This document shows positions 1-15,228 of a stretch of 64,000 nt of DNA, piece by piece. Location: the NCBI RefSeq assembly GCF_009914755.1, contig NC_060939.1. One strand, given 5' to 3'. The translations under genes and the position numbers were made by a program. This stretch comes from the human T2T-CHM13v2.0 reference genome, Homo sapiens. Position 1 is the first letter of the stretch, and each line of letters opens with the position of its first letter. The notes below the pieces were generated by a model. The model was not told where the DNA came from. It saw only the letters and a list, made by a program, of their open reading frames with translations, and made no database searches.

Positions 1-473
1 TCCATCCTGGGAAGTCCCTCAGGCCTGGTTGCTCATGCTATTTTTATGAAACATGACAGCAGAGCACAGGCATCTACTGAGGGAACCATTAAGCCCTTTG
101 CTACTGATGAGTCAACCGATGTACTAGAGCAGCCAATGGCAACAAAGCTAGATCTGGGATCTGGGCAAAGTAGAACTCAGGTGTACAAGGAATGATCCTA
201 TCTGGTGATTTCACTCCTGGGGTGAGAACATGCAGAGTTCCTGCCATTCCATCGGGCAGTTCAGATGTCGGAGATCTTGCCATTTGTCATTTTCTCTACA
301 ATGTCAGGAATCATATTGTAAAACACCTGACACTGACCTGGAGAAGAAAAATGTAGCTGTTTAATTCATGTGTAACATACTCAGATTATCTTATATGTTA
401 GCAATACTCCATTAGGTCTCATCTACCTGCAAAGAGCCCTGGGTCCCATCGCTGAGGAAGCGCCTCTACTCAC

Positions 474-494
474 CCTCCAGAGGACATGGACTTC
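474..494 (-). other. Candidate 21-nt microexon
   Basis: Minus strand: gtgctgttttccttcag|GAAGTCCATGTCCTCTGGAGG|gtgagt; open in all three frames. Confidence 0.3.
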
Positions 495-2199
495 CTGAAG
501 GAAAACAGCACTGCCCATCTGGCACTGGGGTCAATCGTTTTTAAACTTTAAGAGAACTTTTTATTCCCCAAAGACATTCCTATGCAGAATCTAATATATA
601 AAACAGACAAAAGTGGTGTTCTGTGAGCAGAGATTTCTTTTATAAGTTCAGATGTAAAATATGTATTACATATTCAGTCGAGAACAAAAAGGTTGGAAAC
701 TGGCATTATAGAGGGCAGCTGAAGTCATAACAGCCTACAAAAATCATCTACTTCTAAATTTAATTTTGGCTGCCCAGTATCAAGAAAATTCTGGAAACAG
801 GTTTTACTTTGTAATTTTAGGATACCCTCAAATGAAATGCATTCGGAAGCTTGAAAACAAAATGCAAGGGAACACTGATGCCAATGCTGAATCATGAAGA
901 GAAACCAATAAATGACTTCTCCACTCGTTTAAGTATTAATTACTTGGGAGAAAATGTTTTTCAAACGTATCTGTAACATTACGGAATTTCCAATGATGTT
1001 ATATTTTGAAATATCAATCCAGTCTTTAGACAGAATTTCAAACGGTCATATTTACTTTGTTTTCCATGCTGACCCCTAACCTCCTGTCCAAGAACTCAGA
1101 AGGCCCAAAAAGATCAAATGGACAGGAGGTGGGGGCCAAACAAAAATGACAATACAACTTCCTGCTTCAATCTTAAATTGTCTTTTAGACGTTACATTCC
1201 ACTTCATTAGTTATCCGAAACCAAAGTCCATGAAGCTGTCCCTGACTTTTCCTATCCCTTCCGAACATCTCCCACTAGTGCAAAAGGCCAGGGAAGAATC
1301 AGGTCATTGAAAAGAAATGATGGCTTTTTCCAGTAAACAATGATTTCTTAAAGCCTAAAGTCTACAATGGACTATAAAGCTTTCCCTATCAAGTACATAA
1401 GCCAAAGGCTCACATTTAAAGAAAAAAAACATAACTGCAATATTGTTGCAACTAGCTATAAAATGTAAAAATTTAAAAAGTAAACGTCTAAATTACTAAA
1501 ATAAGCTGATATTTAGATTCTAAGAGGAGATCAGTAACCATGCTCAAGATGATCCTAAAAACACTGTCTTCTATTAATTGGCCTGTTTTAAAAGTAACAG
1601 AACACTTCATATAATATTGCATCTCCAACTTCTATTCTTATTCACCATTCTGAAACTAGACTGAGAGGTTGGATAATTAATAAAATCACCCCTTTCCCCT
1701 GGCTCTTGATTATCCTTCATCAGGGTCATGTTTGTACTTCTCTTGTCGATTGTAATCATTTATTTGAAACAGTGTCTCAGCAGTTCATTAGCTTTTCATT
1801 AGTGCCTGTAGGTTGGATAAAATGTGCTTGAATTTCCAAAGTAAATGCAAATCCCCTTGGTAATCCAGCAAGGACATGAATTCCCAGAACATTTTCAAGT
1901 AAGACAGCTCCAATCAGAACTTGGATTTTAGTGAAAAAAGTGGTGTCCTCCTGAATGGCAGAGAACCCACGCTCCCATCCAGTCCTAAACATCAATTCTG
2001 AAAATGACCATCACAGTTTGGCTTCATCTTCAACCTGACCGTGGTATTCAGGAATGTCAGTTACTTAATTACAAACAAGGAGTGCAAGTCAAAAGAATTC
2101 AACACAAATTTTAAAAGCCAATGTATCAGCTACTCAGTAAGTTAAAAATATGGCTGCCAGGACCCCACCTGGACAGTCAAACTCAGCAGCTCCAGCCTT

Positions 2200-2400
2200 G
2201 AACACAAGAGACCTGGATCCGCATCCTGCCTCCGGCCCTGGGCAGCTGTGTAGACCTACACATCACAAGCTGAGCTTGGTGTCTGTATCTTCAAAAAAGG
2301 AAAGATGATCCACAGTTCTGAGACTGGGATGGAGATCACAGAAATAATGAAGGGGAAGTGCCTTGCACTGTCCCCAACACATAGCAGGCCTCCACAAATG
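2200..2400 (+). mobile_element. MIR SINE remnant
   Basis: Degenerate MIR-like core (agacctggatcc...gctgtgt...aaagg...gtgccttgcac...acatagcagg). Confidence 0.55.
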
Positions 2401-2436
2401 ACCACTTTACAAAGATCACAGATGCAGCTTCCCCAG

Positions 2437-2923
2437 TGTTAAAGTATGTCCTCAGTGGACAGTCAAAATGGACTCCCCGTGGCTAACTGATGTGTGCAAA
2501 ACGAAAGCAGAGCCAGGTGGCCATAGTTGGGTGAGGAAAAGGTCATGTTCTCTGTGTTCTCAGAAATATATTGTAAAAGTGTCACAGGACCTCCCTTTCT
2601 GCCATCCAGTCAAACCAGTTCCTGTTGTCAGTGCTGAAATAGAGTGTAGCTGGAAATGCCGCAGCTGACCACCCAGAGACCCCCTGAGGCCAGCCCATGA
2701 AGACAGACTTGTGATGTCCTCCTTAAAGACCATCCAACCCGGCCCCTGTACCTGAATCCCCAGCTATCCTGTGGTTTGCACCTTTATGACCTTCTATCCC
2801 CAGTCTCTCCTTGGAGTACATTTTTGTTTTTTGCTGAAGGCTGTCTCTCCCAATCTTCAGATTGCTTTTAGAAAATAAAGTTATCCTTTTGCCTCCGCAG
2901 ATCTCACTGGTCTTTTGTTAACA
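2437..2923 (+). mobile_element. Solo ERV-type LTR (family uncertain)
   Basis: TGTTA...TAACA termini, internal AATAAA (~2874), aaaatggactcc motif, imperfect flanking duplication cccag/cccat. Confidence 0.65.
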
Positions 2924-3059
2924 CCCATAAGGGAAGATAGAATTGCAGGACTGAAATGCATGCCATGAGACAGAGGAACAGGTCAAACAGGTTAAACAGA
3001 AACACACATGAAACAAGGTTATGTACTAACCAGTTGAGGAAAATGAGGCCAGAGGCAAC

Positions 3060-3175
3060 AGGAACTTAACCATGTACATGTGTATTTCCCCTGAAGGCAA
3101 TGGCTCAGTATTCACTAACTGAGTATCCATGATGACTTCATAAAACAAAACTGCTGCAAATGATGAGAACTGGCC
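3060..3175. mobile_element. MER2/Tigger-like DNA transposon fragment
   Basis: acttaaccatgta...tttcccct...gcaatggctcagtattcactaa resembles the MER2 terminus. Confidence 0.5.
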
Positions 3176-3179
3176 ATAC

Positions 3180-3420
3180 ATGTATTTCCTAGTTCTGTCC
3201 CCTAATAGAGCATAGAAGCAATGATACCCAATAGTAAGGAGCTCAACTAGCACCCTGGTTTTCTAATACCAAGGCTTCAGACGATCAAATTACTCTGAGC
3301 TATGGGAGGACATTCTCTGATAAAAGGAGAAACACATAAGCAGCTGATGGTAGGGGCAGGGAAAGCATCAGAATGTAAGATGAACCAGGAGCATCTTATA
3401 GTGCTAGAAAATTGGAATTA

Positions 3421-3466
<46 letters not shown>

Positions 3467-4390
3467 AGAGGGTGGGAGAAGATGAAGCAGGAGCCAAATG
3501 GCCAAAGGTCAAATAACTTGAGCAACAAAATAAATACCCACACTATTGAATTACAACCTAAAGGCCAAAATAAATAGACAGGAGTCCATATTAATGTCAC
3601 AATGACTAAATTAACAATGGAGGAAGAGACCAATTTTCCTTAAAAAAGAATTCCAAATCAGAAATGTGAAAAACAAAGGAGGGAAACAGAAAGTCACCCC
3701 CAGAACACCAGGGTGATTGCTGCTGGGCCCAGATCCACTCTAGAATGCTAACATCAGTGCTTGAAATTTTAAGAAGAAACAGGACATTTGCAAGGCCTGG
3801 AAGTATCTCCCCCAGAATATTTATTAATCACTATGGCTTTAACTCACGTCCACTAATTCTTTGACACGCTCTCCCCCAGGAGGCAAAGCTTAATCCTCCT
3901 CCTCTTGAGTGTGGGCTGAACTTAGTGACTGGCTTCTAACAAGGAGTAAGGGAGGGGAAAGATGGTGACTTCACAGAGGAGACATCTGGCAGACACCAGC
4001 TTGGCCAGGTGATCAAGGTTAACTCACCAGTAGTAAGTCACATGTTGACATCATGATATGATGTGATGAGGGGGGTACCTTACCTCTGTGGTGGTCTTCC
4101 TCATATTCGTAACTCCAGTCTAACAATGAGAAAGCATCAGACAAACCCAAATTGAGGGATATTCTACAAAATACCTGATCCATATACTTCAAAGTGTCAA
4201 GGTCATGAAAAACAAGGAAAGACTGAGAAACTGAGATTAGAGGAGATTCAAGAGATATGATGATTAAATGAAACATGGTACCCTGGATAAAAAGACCATT
4301 AGTAGAAAAATTGGTGAAATCCCAAAAAAGTCTGTAGTTTAGTTATTTTTAGTTTTGACAAATGTATGATGGTTACATGAGATGCTGATT
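3180..4390 (+). mobile_element. L1MC-type LINE-1 3' UTR fragment
   Basis: catcagacaaacccaaattgagggatattctacaaaata...aaagtgtcaaggtcatgaaaaacaaggaaagactgag typical of L1MC4. Confidence 0.75.
3424..3459. repeat. (CA)n microsatellite
   Basis: Direct observation. Confidence 0.95.
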
Positions 4391-5039
4391 TTTGAGCAAC
4401 TCCCCGCTTCTGTGTTAAATGATTAATACAGGAGTCCCCTCACTTCCTTTTCCTGTTCTAATGCCAGATACCAGCCAAAGCACATCATTTTTGCATCATC
4501 CTACATGTGGGGAAATATTTTTTATTCTGCATATCATAGAATAGTATGCATTGATCATAAAATTTTCTGCAGTAGACTTGAGTTAACTTTTCACCTATAA
4601 AATTACAACCCTCACTCGTTTCCAACATTAGCATGAAGAAAATGGTTACTCCCAGGTTTCCACATCTTACTGGAGAAAACCGCAATTAATGTCACCACAA
4701 ATATCCAGTTTCCAACGTTAGCTCAGCTGCCATTCTGTGTGTTCCTGTTCCTCAATCATACTCAATTCACCTGTGGTTCCCGTCCTGCCTCTCACCACAG
4801 GGTCGGCTGGGCCCAGGATGACAAGGGGCCTCCCTGCCTCTTCCACTGTCACCATCCTCTGCCTCAGGGCTGCCATCATCGCTCTCCCTCCTTTTCCTGA
4901 ATCCCAGCACCACTGGCTCCTCCAGGGCCCGCTCCAGGGGTTATCCCCTCCCCTGCCTCCACTCTGTCTCTACTCAGTCCTCCCACCCATGAGCAAACAC
5001 AGCCACACTGTCTCCCCATCCCAAAAAAGAACGTTCCTC

Positions 5040-5545
5040 AGTTCCTCAAAACATTAAACACAGAATGACCATATGATCCAGCAATTCCACTTCTGGGTAT
5101 ATACCCAAAAGAACAAAAGAAGGGAGAGGCATGTGTACCCCCACGTTCACGGCAGCATTACTCACAATAGTGAAAAGGTGGAGGCAAACCAAGTGTCCAT
5201 CCACAGATGCGTGCATTGATAAAATGGAGTCCATCCACACAATGGAGTGTTATTCAGCCTTGAAAGGAAATTCAGACACATGCCACAACATGGATGGACC
5301 CTGAGGACACTGTGCTGAGCAAAATAAGCCGATCACAAAAGGACAAATATGTGTGACTCCACTTCTGTGAGGTACCTACGGTAGTCAAATTCTTAGAGAC
5401 AGGAAGTAGAGTGGTGGTTGCCAGAGCCTGGGGAGAGGAGGGAATGTGGAATTCGTGTTGAATGGTGACTGGATACAGAGTTTCAGTTGGGGAAGATGAA
5501 AAGCATTCTGTGGATGGATGGTGGTAGTCATACGAAGGTGACTAA
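5040..5545 (+). mobile_element. L1MB-type LINE-1 3' fragment, flanked by L2-like sequence
   Basis: ccatatgatccagcaattccacttctgggtatatacccaaaaga...agtttcagttggggaagatgaaaa. Confidence 0.85.
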
Positions 5546-7949
5546 TAATCCCCCAAATGCCCAATCCCATCACCCATTCTCAGAACTCCATGGCATTTGA
5601 CACTGCTAACCAACTTCTACAGCATTAAGCCCGCTGCTCCCCAGCTCTCGTTCTGCAATTGTTGAGGGACAGTTATGCGCACGTGTGTGTGTGTGAGAAT
5701 ATACGTTATGAATTATACTGGGTGTGCATTTATGTACATATATGCATATAGACGATATTTTTTTAATTCCACTTACTGAACATCTACTACCATTATCAGA
5801 AATTACACAAGTATTTACATGCATCATCCCATATAATCCCCCCAAATTGCCCTGTATTGCTTCCTGACTCCATCTACACCATCACCAGTTTTTTCTTGGT
5901 TTCTTTGCTGGCATTGTCATATGGTGGAGTCCTTGGGGTTCTGTCCCTCCTCATCTGCCCAGGTGAGCTCACGCACTTTCATAGCTCACCGCCATCTCTG
6001 TGGTGATGGCTCTGAGTCTTCCTTTCCAGTCCAGGCCCATCTGCTGAGCTCCAGACACCACACCCATGTGTCCACCCAACATTTCCCATGAGCCTCTCAA
6101 AGTCAGGACAGCCAATACCAACCCAGTTCTCTCTCCATCCCTCCCTCCCAATTCCTCTCCAGCATCTATGCTCCTTGTTTTATAACCTCTGTTGCTGTTG
6201 TCCCCCTGAAGCACCAAGGGAAAGGAAAAGCCTCCTCACTGGGATTCCTAATGGAAGCGTTTGCACACAGTGACCCTCCCAGCACGGACCCCTTGTTAAT
6301 AGATGGGTAGGAAGCACCAGGAACAGAGTATGTTCAAAATCAGATAAGCGTTATAAAAACTGGTATGGGGTCAGAGTGGAGATCATTTTCCAAACCAACT
6401 ATTCGAACCACCCCATCGCCATCTGGGTAAAGACTGGGTTGTGCCTCCAGCAAGCTACTCTGACTTGGGAAGACCGTGTGCAACTATCTTTGGGAAACAC
6501 AGCCGCATGCTCCTTGGCTGGAAATGATCAGAGGCTCTAAGGAGTGTAAAAAGGGAACACAACCCTGATTCTAATTTTTATTCTTGGAGAAATCACGTTT
6601 TATTTTTCATATCAAAGAGGGGGAACTCTGTGGGCAGAGTACTCTGCCGAGAACCAGTTCTGTTCTGCAACTTGTCCCAATCATCAGGAAAACACATGTT
6701 CCAGGGAAGCCCCCATCAGGGCACACACAGCCCCAAATCAGGGCATGCTGTCACTTCCTCTCATTCCCTCGAGAGCCCACCTGGCCAAAGAGGCTCCAGT
6801 GGCCTGATTGGAGGGCACATCAATAATATGGAGGGTCCCCGTGCCCCCCGACCTGGAAAGTCAGCCTCAGCGATGGGGCTCTCGGGGCCTCTTAAAATGG
6901 GAAAAACAGAAGATGAAAAGGCTGTTTGCACTTGTCAGCAATGCTGGCACTGCTCACTATCCATACTTTACCCTCCCCAATTAAAACCACACACTTGATC
7001 TGTTCACATAACAAAGCCTCCCTTAGAGCCCCCAGAGGTGCCTGCTCCCAAAACAGCACTGTCAGGGCACAGCCTCAGTCCTCACTGGACAGAAACCAGG
7101 GGCAGGGACCAATCCTCTCTCTGTCCCAGCCCTTTCAAACCAAAGACAGCGTCTCTGCGAAGGAGGGAAGCCGCATGTTTTCATGCTGAGATACAGTGCA
7201 GATTTATGATCGGCACCTGTGAGGTCCTCAGGTACCTCTTGCTGGAACAGAGCAACAGGTTTCTAAAGGTTCTGGCCCTTGGCCTCTACATTTGTCACCA
7301 CTCCTGTGGTCACTCTTCAGTGGAAGTTGCTCACCAGCCTCCTTGTCCCACATGTAAAAGCCAAAAGGAGGGGCCCTACAGCACCACTGTCATTGGAATC
7401 CTTCCAACATTCCCCACCCACCTTATGCAGTGGGAAGACAAGGTTCCTACCAGACCCTCCAAAGCCCAGGAACCTCTCCCTGTGCTGACATCCAAAGATG
7501 CCCGGCGTTCCAAAACACCAGAAATCCAGGGAAGAGGCCCTACCTTGGGGATGAGTACATTAGGAAATAGCCAAGGAGCAGGATTAAGTAATTATACACT
7601 AGCCCACCAGGAAACCATGACACTGAACATCCCATGGGGCCCACGGGTCTGGTGGGTGTTTCTCGCCCACTGGGGGCTGGATAAGTGAGCATGAGGGTGT
7701 GCCCCAAGAAGTGTCCGAGGCAGAGCTCAATCCTTTAGAGGTTTATTTTGCCAAGGTTGGGATGTACCCAAGCAAAAGAAACACAAGTTACAGTAGGGTC
7801 TGCGGCCTGGGCTTTTCTCCAAAGAGGGGTCTGAGAAAGAGCAAGCAGGAGGGGAAAAGGAGAGAGGGGTGCCCATGAGGCAAGTGGTTACATCCTCGGA
7901 GGCTTTGATTGGCATTCAGTGAATCTGCATCTTACATATAAAAAGAAGG

Positions 7950-8879
<930 letters not shown>

Positions 8880-9170
8880 GGCAGATTTCATTTTCCTTTC
8901 ACAAATGCGTGGTCTACTGGACAAGCCCTGAGATGAAGATGGCTAGAGAGGCTCCACAGTCCCTGGAGGGGGGCACTGGCAGGCGGTCCACGGCCACTCA
9001 GGCTGAGACCCTGGCTCTAGAAAAGGGAGGAAGTGCAGGTACCAATAAGGTTTAAGGATGGATGTATCAGACTGTGGACAAAGACTAAAAGAAACAGGGC
9101 TGCCAGCCCAATACTGACACCTTGCTTCCTCATAGAATAGCAGATGTGTTGGGGTGGCAATGTGCCCAAC

Positions 9171-10394
9171 TGCTATGGTCTAAATGTTTGGGTCCCCCCA
9201 AAATTCCTATGTTGAAATCCTAACACCCAATGTGATTGTATTAGGAGGTGGAGCTTTTGGAGGTGATTTGGTGATGACGGTGGAGCCCTCATGAATGGAA
9301 TTAGTGCGAGATACTGGGATTTACAAGAAGAAATATATATCTGCTCTTCTTGTTTCCTGGCATGCAGCTCCTAACACTTGGAATCTCCAAGGTGATGTGT
9401 CTTTTTGTGTGCTAATAAGATGAGTGGTAGTGAGGGGCTTCTGGACAGCCTCAGGATGGGGGCTGATTGCCAAGTGAACCAACCCTGTGATTAGAGCGTT
9501 GGAACTTTCAGGCCCACAATCCCACCACCACCCCTCACCTTAGGGAAGGGAAGAGGGGCCAAAGGTTGAGTTAATCACCCAACAACCAATGATGTAATCA
9601 ATCAAGCTATGCAATGATGCCTCCATAAAAACCTAAAATAACTGGATTTGGAGAGCTTCCAGTTGCTGAGCACATGGAGGTTCCTGGAGGGTGGCGCCCA
9701 GAGAAAGCTCCACACCCCTTTCCACAAATAAGAGGTTACCCTGTGCATCTCCTCCATCTGGCTGTTCATCTGTATCCTTTGTAATATCCTTTATAATAAT
9801 TGGGTAAATGTAAGCAAGAATGTTTCCCTGAGTTCTTGAGCCATGCCAGCCATCCCACTCCTGGAGAAGGGAGTTGTGAGAACCCCAATTTATAGACCAT
9901 CAGTCAGAGGTACAGATCACAACCTGGGATTTGCAACTGCCATCTAGAGTGGAAGCATCTGAGCCCTCAACCTGTGGGATCTGATGCGAATTCCAGGCAG
10001 ACAGTGTCAGGACTGAACTGACTTAGAGGACACCCAGCTGATGTCTGCTGGAGAATTGCTTGCTGTATGGGAAAACATCCCACACACATCTGGGCGACCA
10101 GAGAAGCATTCTAAATTATTGAGAGTGAGGGCTGGAAAAACTGTGTTTTTCTATATCTCGAACAGTGCCCTTATAAATTAAGAGGCCGAAGAGAGCTAGT
10201 TCGCCCCTTCCACCAAGTGAGGACACAGCAAGAAGGCATGATGCAGAAGGAAGCAGGCCTTCCTCAGACACTGAATCTGCCAGCACCTTGATCTTGGACT
10301 TCTGGCTCCAGAACTGTGAGCAATAAATGCCTGTTGTTTTTAAGCTACCGACTCTAAGGCATTTTGTTATAGCAACCCCACACGGACTAAGACA
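9171..10394 (+). mobile_element. MLT1A-type MaLR solo LTR, split by MER21
   Basis: tgctatggtctaaatgttt...gactaagaca; perfect 5-bp TSD ccaac (9166-9170, 10395-10399). Confidence 0.85.
9307..10163 (+). mobile_element. MER21-type LTR
   Basis: gatactg...aagaaatatatat...gttcctggc...gctcctaa start; caacctgtgggatctgatgc; MLT1A resumes at gtgcccttata. Confidence 0.8.
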
Positions 10395-10740
10395 CCAACT
10401 AACACTCCTTTCCCAGACCACACTGGCTTAGGAGTGGCCATGTGACCCAATTCAGACTAAAGAGGTGAGGGGGGAAGTCTGCTAGGTGGTTCTTGGAAGG
10501 TTTTTTTTTCCTGGAACAGGTTCCCCACGTTTCTGTTTCCAATTCTTGCTGCCTGGAAGACAGACACGCTACTTGGAGAAATAGAAGCCCTGCAGTAATC
10601 CTGAGACAATACGCACAGAGCAAAGCCAACATGCCAAAGTTGGCCAGCAGAAAGGAGGAGGAGCCTCGGTCCCCAGTGGCACCATGGGGTGGGGAGTGAG
10701 ATCATGGCTTTTTCTTGATATACGTGTATACTGTTTCACC

Positions 10741-11218
10741 TGTGCATTAGTTTTGTATGGCTGCCACAACAAATTACCTCAAAGTCAGCAGCTTAAAGCA
10801 ACACAAATTTATGATCTTGCATTTCTGTAGGTTAGAAGTCCCAAACAGGTCTCCCTGTGGAGACTCTAGGGCTGAATCCATTATCCTGCCTTTTCCCACT
10901 CCTAGAGGTGACCCACATTCCTTGGTTGTCAGCCACCTTCCTCCATTCCTGACTTCCAGAGCCAGGAGCATGGTATCTCTTGAGCCATTCTTCTGCAGTC
11001 ACACCTCCTTCTGATTCTCCTCTTCTGCCTCCCTCTTCCACTTATGGGACTTTCTCTCACCCAGATAATCCAGGATTACATCCCTTTTCGAGGTCAACTG
11101 ACCAGCAATCTTAATTCCATCCACAACCTTAATTCCCCTTTACCACATAACCTAACATGTTCCAGGGATTAAGGCATGGACATCTTTGTGGAGGGGGGTC
11201 ACTATTCAGCCAACCACA
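10741..11218 (-). mobile_element. MLT1C/D MaLR solo LTR
   Basis: cattagttt...gctgccacaacaaattacc...gcttaaagcaacacaaatttat...ttcagccaaccaca. Confidence 0.8.
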
Positions 11219-11582
11219 AATTCTTACAGCAAGCAAATTCCTTTTGTTATTTAAAACACAAATCAAATAATTTTTAATTAAAATATTTTAATTGAATATT
11301 AAAAATTGGGACTGTAATCCAATAAATCAAAAAAGAAAGTCCAACCTTTAAAGCACAATGAATCAAGAATGCTAAGATTTCCATGGAGAAAAGAAGTCAT
11401 TCTGGGATTAGATGAGAACAGGCCCCTTCTACCACCTCTGCTGATCAGTGGGCATGCCTTTACTCATAAAAAACAGAGTACAGGGAGCTCTGCATAGCAC
11501 AGTCTTCGCCAGGCTGAGGCTGCTTCCCAGCTCCTGTGTGTCTGACTGGGCTAGTCCTTCACATCCCATGCAAAAGGTTGAA

Positions 11583-12200
<618 letters not shown>

Positions 12201-13990
12201 GGGCTTAAGCAATTTCCAATTATTTAAATTTTTTTGAACTTAATAAGCCCAACAAGATCTTTCTCCTTTCTAATTAATGCTACCAGGTGAGCATCTTGAA
12301 AAACAGTGGCCTATAGGTGGGTCACCATTCTCCGTTGACACAAGCCCTCCTACAACAGCACCTCGGGGAGGGAGCCTCAATGGGCTCCAGTGCTTCACCT
12401 ATGATGGGATTCTGTGGATTTAAAACGAAGACACACCACTGACCTTCAAGAATCTCCCTGGCAGATATCTCCCAAACATTCAGTCCTGATACAAGTATCT
12501 TCATAACTGGAATTCACCTACTTCCAGAACGTCAGGATGAGTACCCAGGACAGCTCTGACTGCCTGTTGCTTAAAACCATGCCCAGGTCATAAAGCCCTC
12601 ACTGTACTGTACCCTAAATGCACTTAAGCGACTGTTTTCTACAGTGTCCTAGTACTGAATGTTGACACTAACCTATGAAACTAAGTGTCATACTTACTGT
12701 GAGGCAGAGAAACCATCAACTGACCACAAGGTTTGTTTCAAGAACAAATCGAGACGAACCAATAATGCAGAGGCTAAATTTTTCAAATCAATAATAATAC
12801 AGTTCACATGCAAGAGCTTTTGAAAACTCTTCCATATGATAAATATCACATCACATCGGTAGAGATGGAAATTAGATTGCTCAACCAGGTGAATCAAATT
12901 TAATCCAGCTTTTTCCATCCTGTTTTCTAAATATCTTGTATTATTTTAAATTAGTTTTGAAAAATCAATCTGAAAGTATAAAAGATACAAATGAAATCTG
13001 GGTCTTGGAGCCCCTGGGTCTAGGAGCCTGATTCCAAGAACACATTTCACCTGCAGCTCCAACCAGGGGTCTCTTCCCAACCCCTGGCCTGAAGGTCTCC
13101 AGCCTGGGATGGAGCACCTCCTTCCTTAGAAACAAACACTGTTACTGCATCTACATGAAATGGCTCAAAAGAGTTAAGAGAGAATGTTGCGATCACTGAA
13201 GAATGGTCTGAATGAGAAAGAAAGAGTAGTGGACATTTAAAGCTTAATTGCCAGACTCAGCTTTTCCCTTAATCAGGGAAACTGACCTAATGAGAACAGA
13301 GGGGTCTCTGTGAAGCTGCCAAGCTCAAAGGAGGCAAGGCAGCATAAAGAGACATCTGAAGGCAGGTGTGACATCCAAACTAGGAGAAGCTCAGAGAAAG
13401 AAGCAACCAGGGACAGGACAACCTCCATGAAACGATGTGTTTGAGCTGAGGTGCTGGCCATGGTGCTGACAGGGGTCAGCTTGGGGAGGCCCAGGGAGGT
13501 GGAAGATGAAGGCTTGATCACTGACTGGATAGAAAGACAGGGACAGGAAGAAGAAGGAGCTTGGCAGGTGAAGTGCAGGCACAAATACCTACCCTTCTCT
13601 GCTTTCGGAATGTGATGAATGTGAATGATCACCCTTTATGTCCTTTATAGGACAAAAACCTCAGCAGAATAAATAACCAACATGTTAGTCACACTAAAGA
13701 ACCACTCTGAAGCACAGAAGAATAAGCAGAGTAAGATGAACAAGACAAAAACTTTAATATTAAAGAAGAAAATAGAAGTTTGTTACAACAAAATTACACC
13801 AAACTTGTTAACAGAACAATGTGGCAGCTTAAGACTCAAGACTTTATTTTTCTCATCCTCAAAGGTCCACTTCATGGTTTTAATTAGACAAACATTTTGT
13901 AGAGTACTATAATTCTCTATCTTTTAAATACACATTCACATTATGGTGAAATTGGGAAATCCTAATATTTACTTGTATTAAGAAGTGTTT

Positions 13991-15228
13991 AAGCAGTCCC
14001 TTTCCTCTACAAACTCACCGGTACCTGTTGTTTTTTGACTTTTTAATAGAAGCCATTCTGACTGGTGTGATATGGTATTTCATTGTGCTTTTGATTTGCA
14101 TTTCTCTAATGATAAGTGATATTGAGCATTTTTTCATAGGCTTGTTGACTGCACGTATGTCTTTGGAAAAGTGTCTGTTCATGTCCTTTGCCCACTTTTT
14201 AATGAGTTTCTTAGTTTTTTGCTTGTACATTTGTTTAAGTTCCTTGTAGATTCTGAATATTGGACCTTTGTCAGATGCATAGTTTGCAAATATTTTCTCC
14301 CATCCTGTAGGCTGCCTGTTTTCTCTATTGATAGTTTCTTTTCTGTGCAGAAGCTCCTTAATTATGTACCATTTGTCAATTTTTGCTTTTGGTGGTGTTG
14401 TCATGAAATCTTTGCCAGTTTCCATGTCCAAAATGGTATTTCCTGGGTTATCTTCCAGGGTTTTTATAGTTTTGGGTTTTTACATTTTAGTCCTTAATCC
14501 ATCTTCAGTTGATTTTTGTATATGGTGAAGGGAACGGGCCCAGTTTCAGTCTTCTGCCTATGGTTAGCCAGCTATCCCGGCACCATTTATTGAATAGGGA
14601 GCCCTTTCCCCACTGCTTGCTTTGCAGGTGGGGGTGTAAATTAGTTCAATCATTGTGGAAAGCAGTGTGGCAATTCCTCAAAGAGCTAAAAACAGAATTA
14701 CCATTCAGCCCAGCAATCCTAGTACTGAGGATAAACCCAAAGGAATATAAATCATTCTATCATAAAGACACATGCATGCATATGCTCTCTGCAACACTAT
14801 TCACAATAGCAAAGACACTGAATCAACCTAAATGCCCATCAATGGTAGACTGGGTAAAGAAAATGTGGTACATATACATCATGGAATATGATGCGGCCAT
14901 TAAAAAGAATGATGTTCCTGCAAAGGAACATAGATGGCCATTATCCTTAGCAAATTAATGCAGGAACAGAAAACCAAATACTGCATGTTCTCACTTAAAA
15001 GCGGGAGCTAAACAATGAGTACACATGGACAGAAAGAGGGGAACAACAGACTCTGGGGCCTACTTGAGAGAAGAGGGTGGGAGGAGAGAGAGATTCAGGA
15101 AAAAAAAAAACTGTTGGGTACTATGCTTAGTACTCAGGTGAGGAAATAATCTGTACACCAAACCCCCAAGTCACGAATTTACCTGTATAACAAACCTGCA
15201 CTGAACCTAAAATAAAGGTTAAAAAAAA
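13991..15228 (+). mobile_element. 5'-inverted (twin-primed) truncated primate L1
   Basis: ~13991-14622 is antisense ORF2, ~14623-15228 is sense ORF2 end/3'UTR with AATAAA and poly(A); TSD aagaagtgtt on both sides. Confidence 0.88.

Larger units (their letters stand above)
9110..10740 (+). mobile_element. Old MLT1 (J/K-like) LTR hosting nested insertions
   Basis: ggcaatgtgcccaac ... ggccatgtgacccaattc...ttcttgctgcctggaa motifs continue across the insertion. Confidence 0.55.

Noticed and set aside
7038-7688. 216-aa plus-strand ORF
   Set aside because: Non-ATG start, no recognisable domain or exon structure; likely chance
12698-12919. 222-nt open minus-strand segment with a gtaagta donor
   Set aside because: The acceptor (atatttagaaaacag) has no pyrimidine tract and the peptide is unrecognised
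14015-14958. ORFs resembling reverse-transcriptase C-terminus
   Set aside because: Fragments of a dead truncated L1 ORF2
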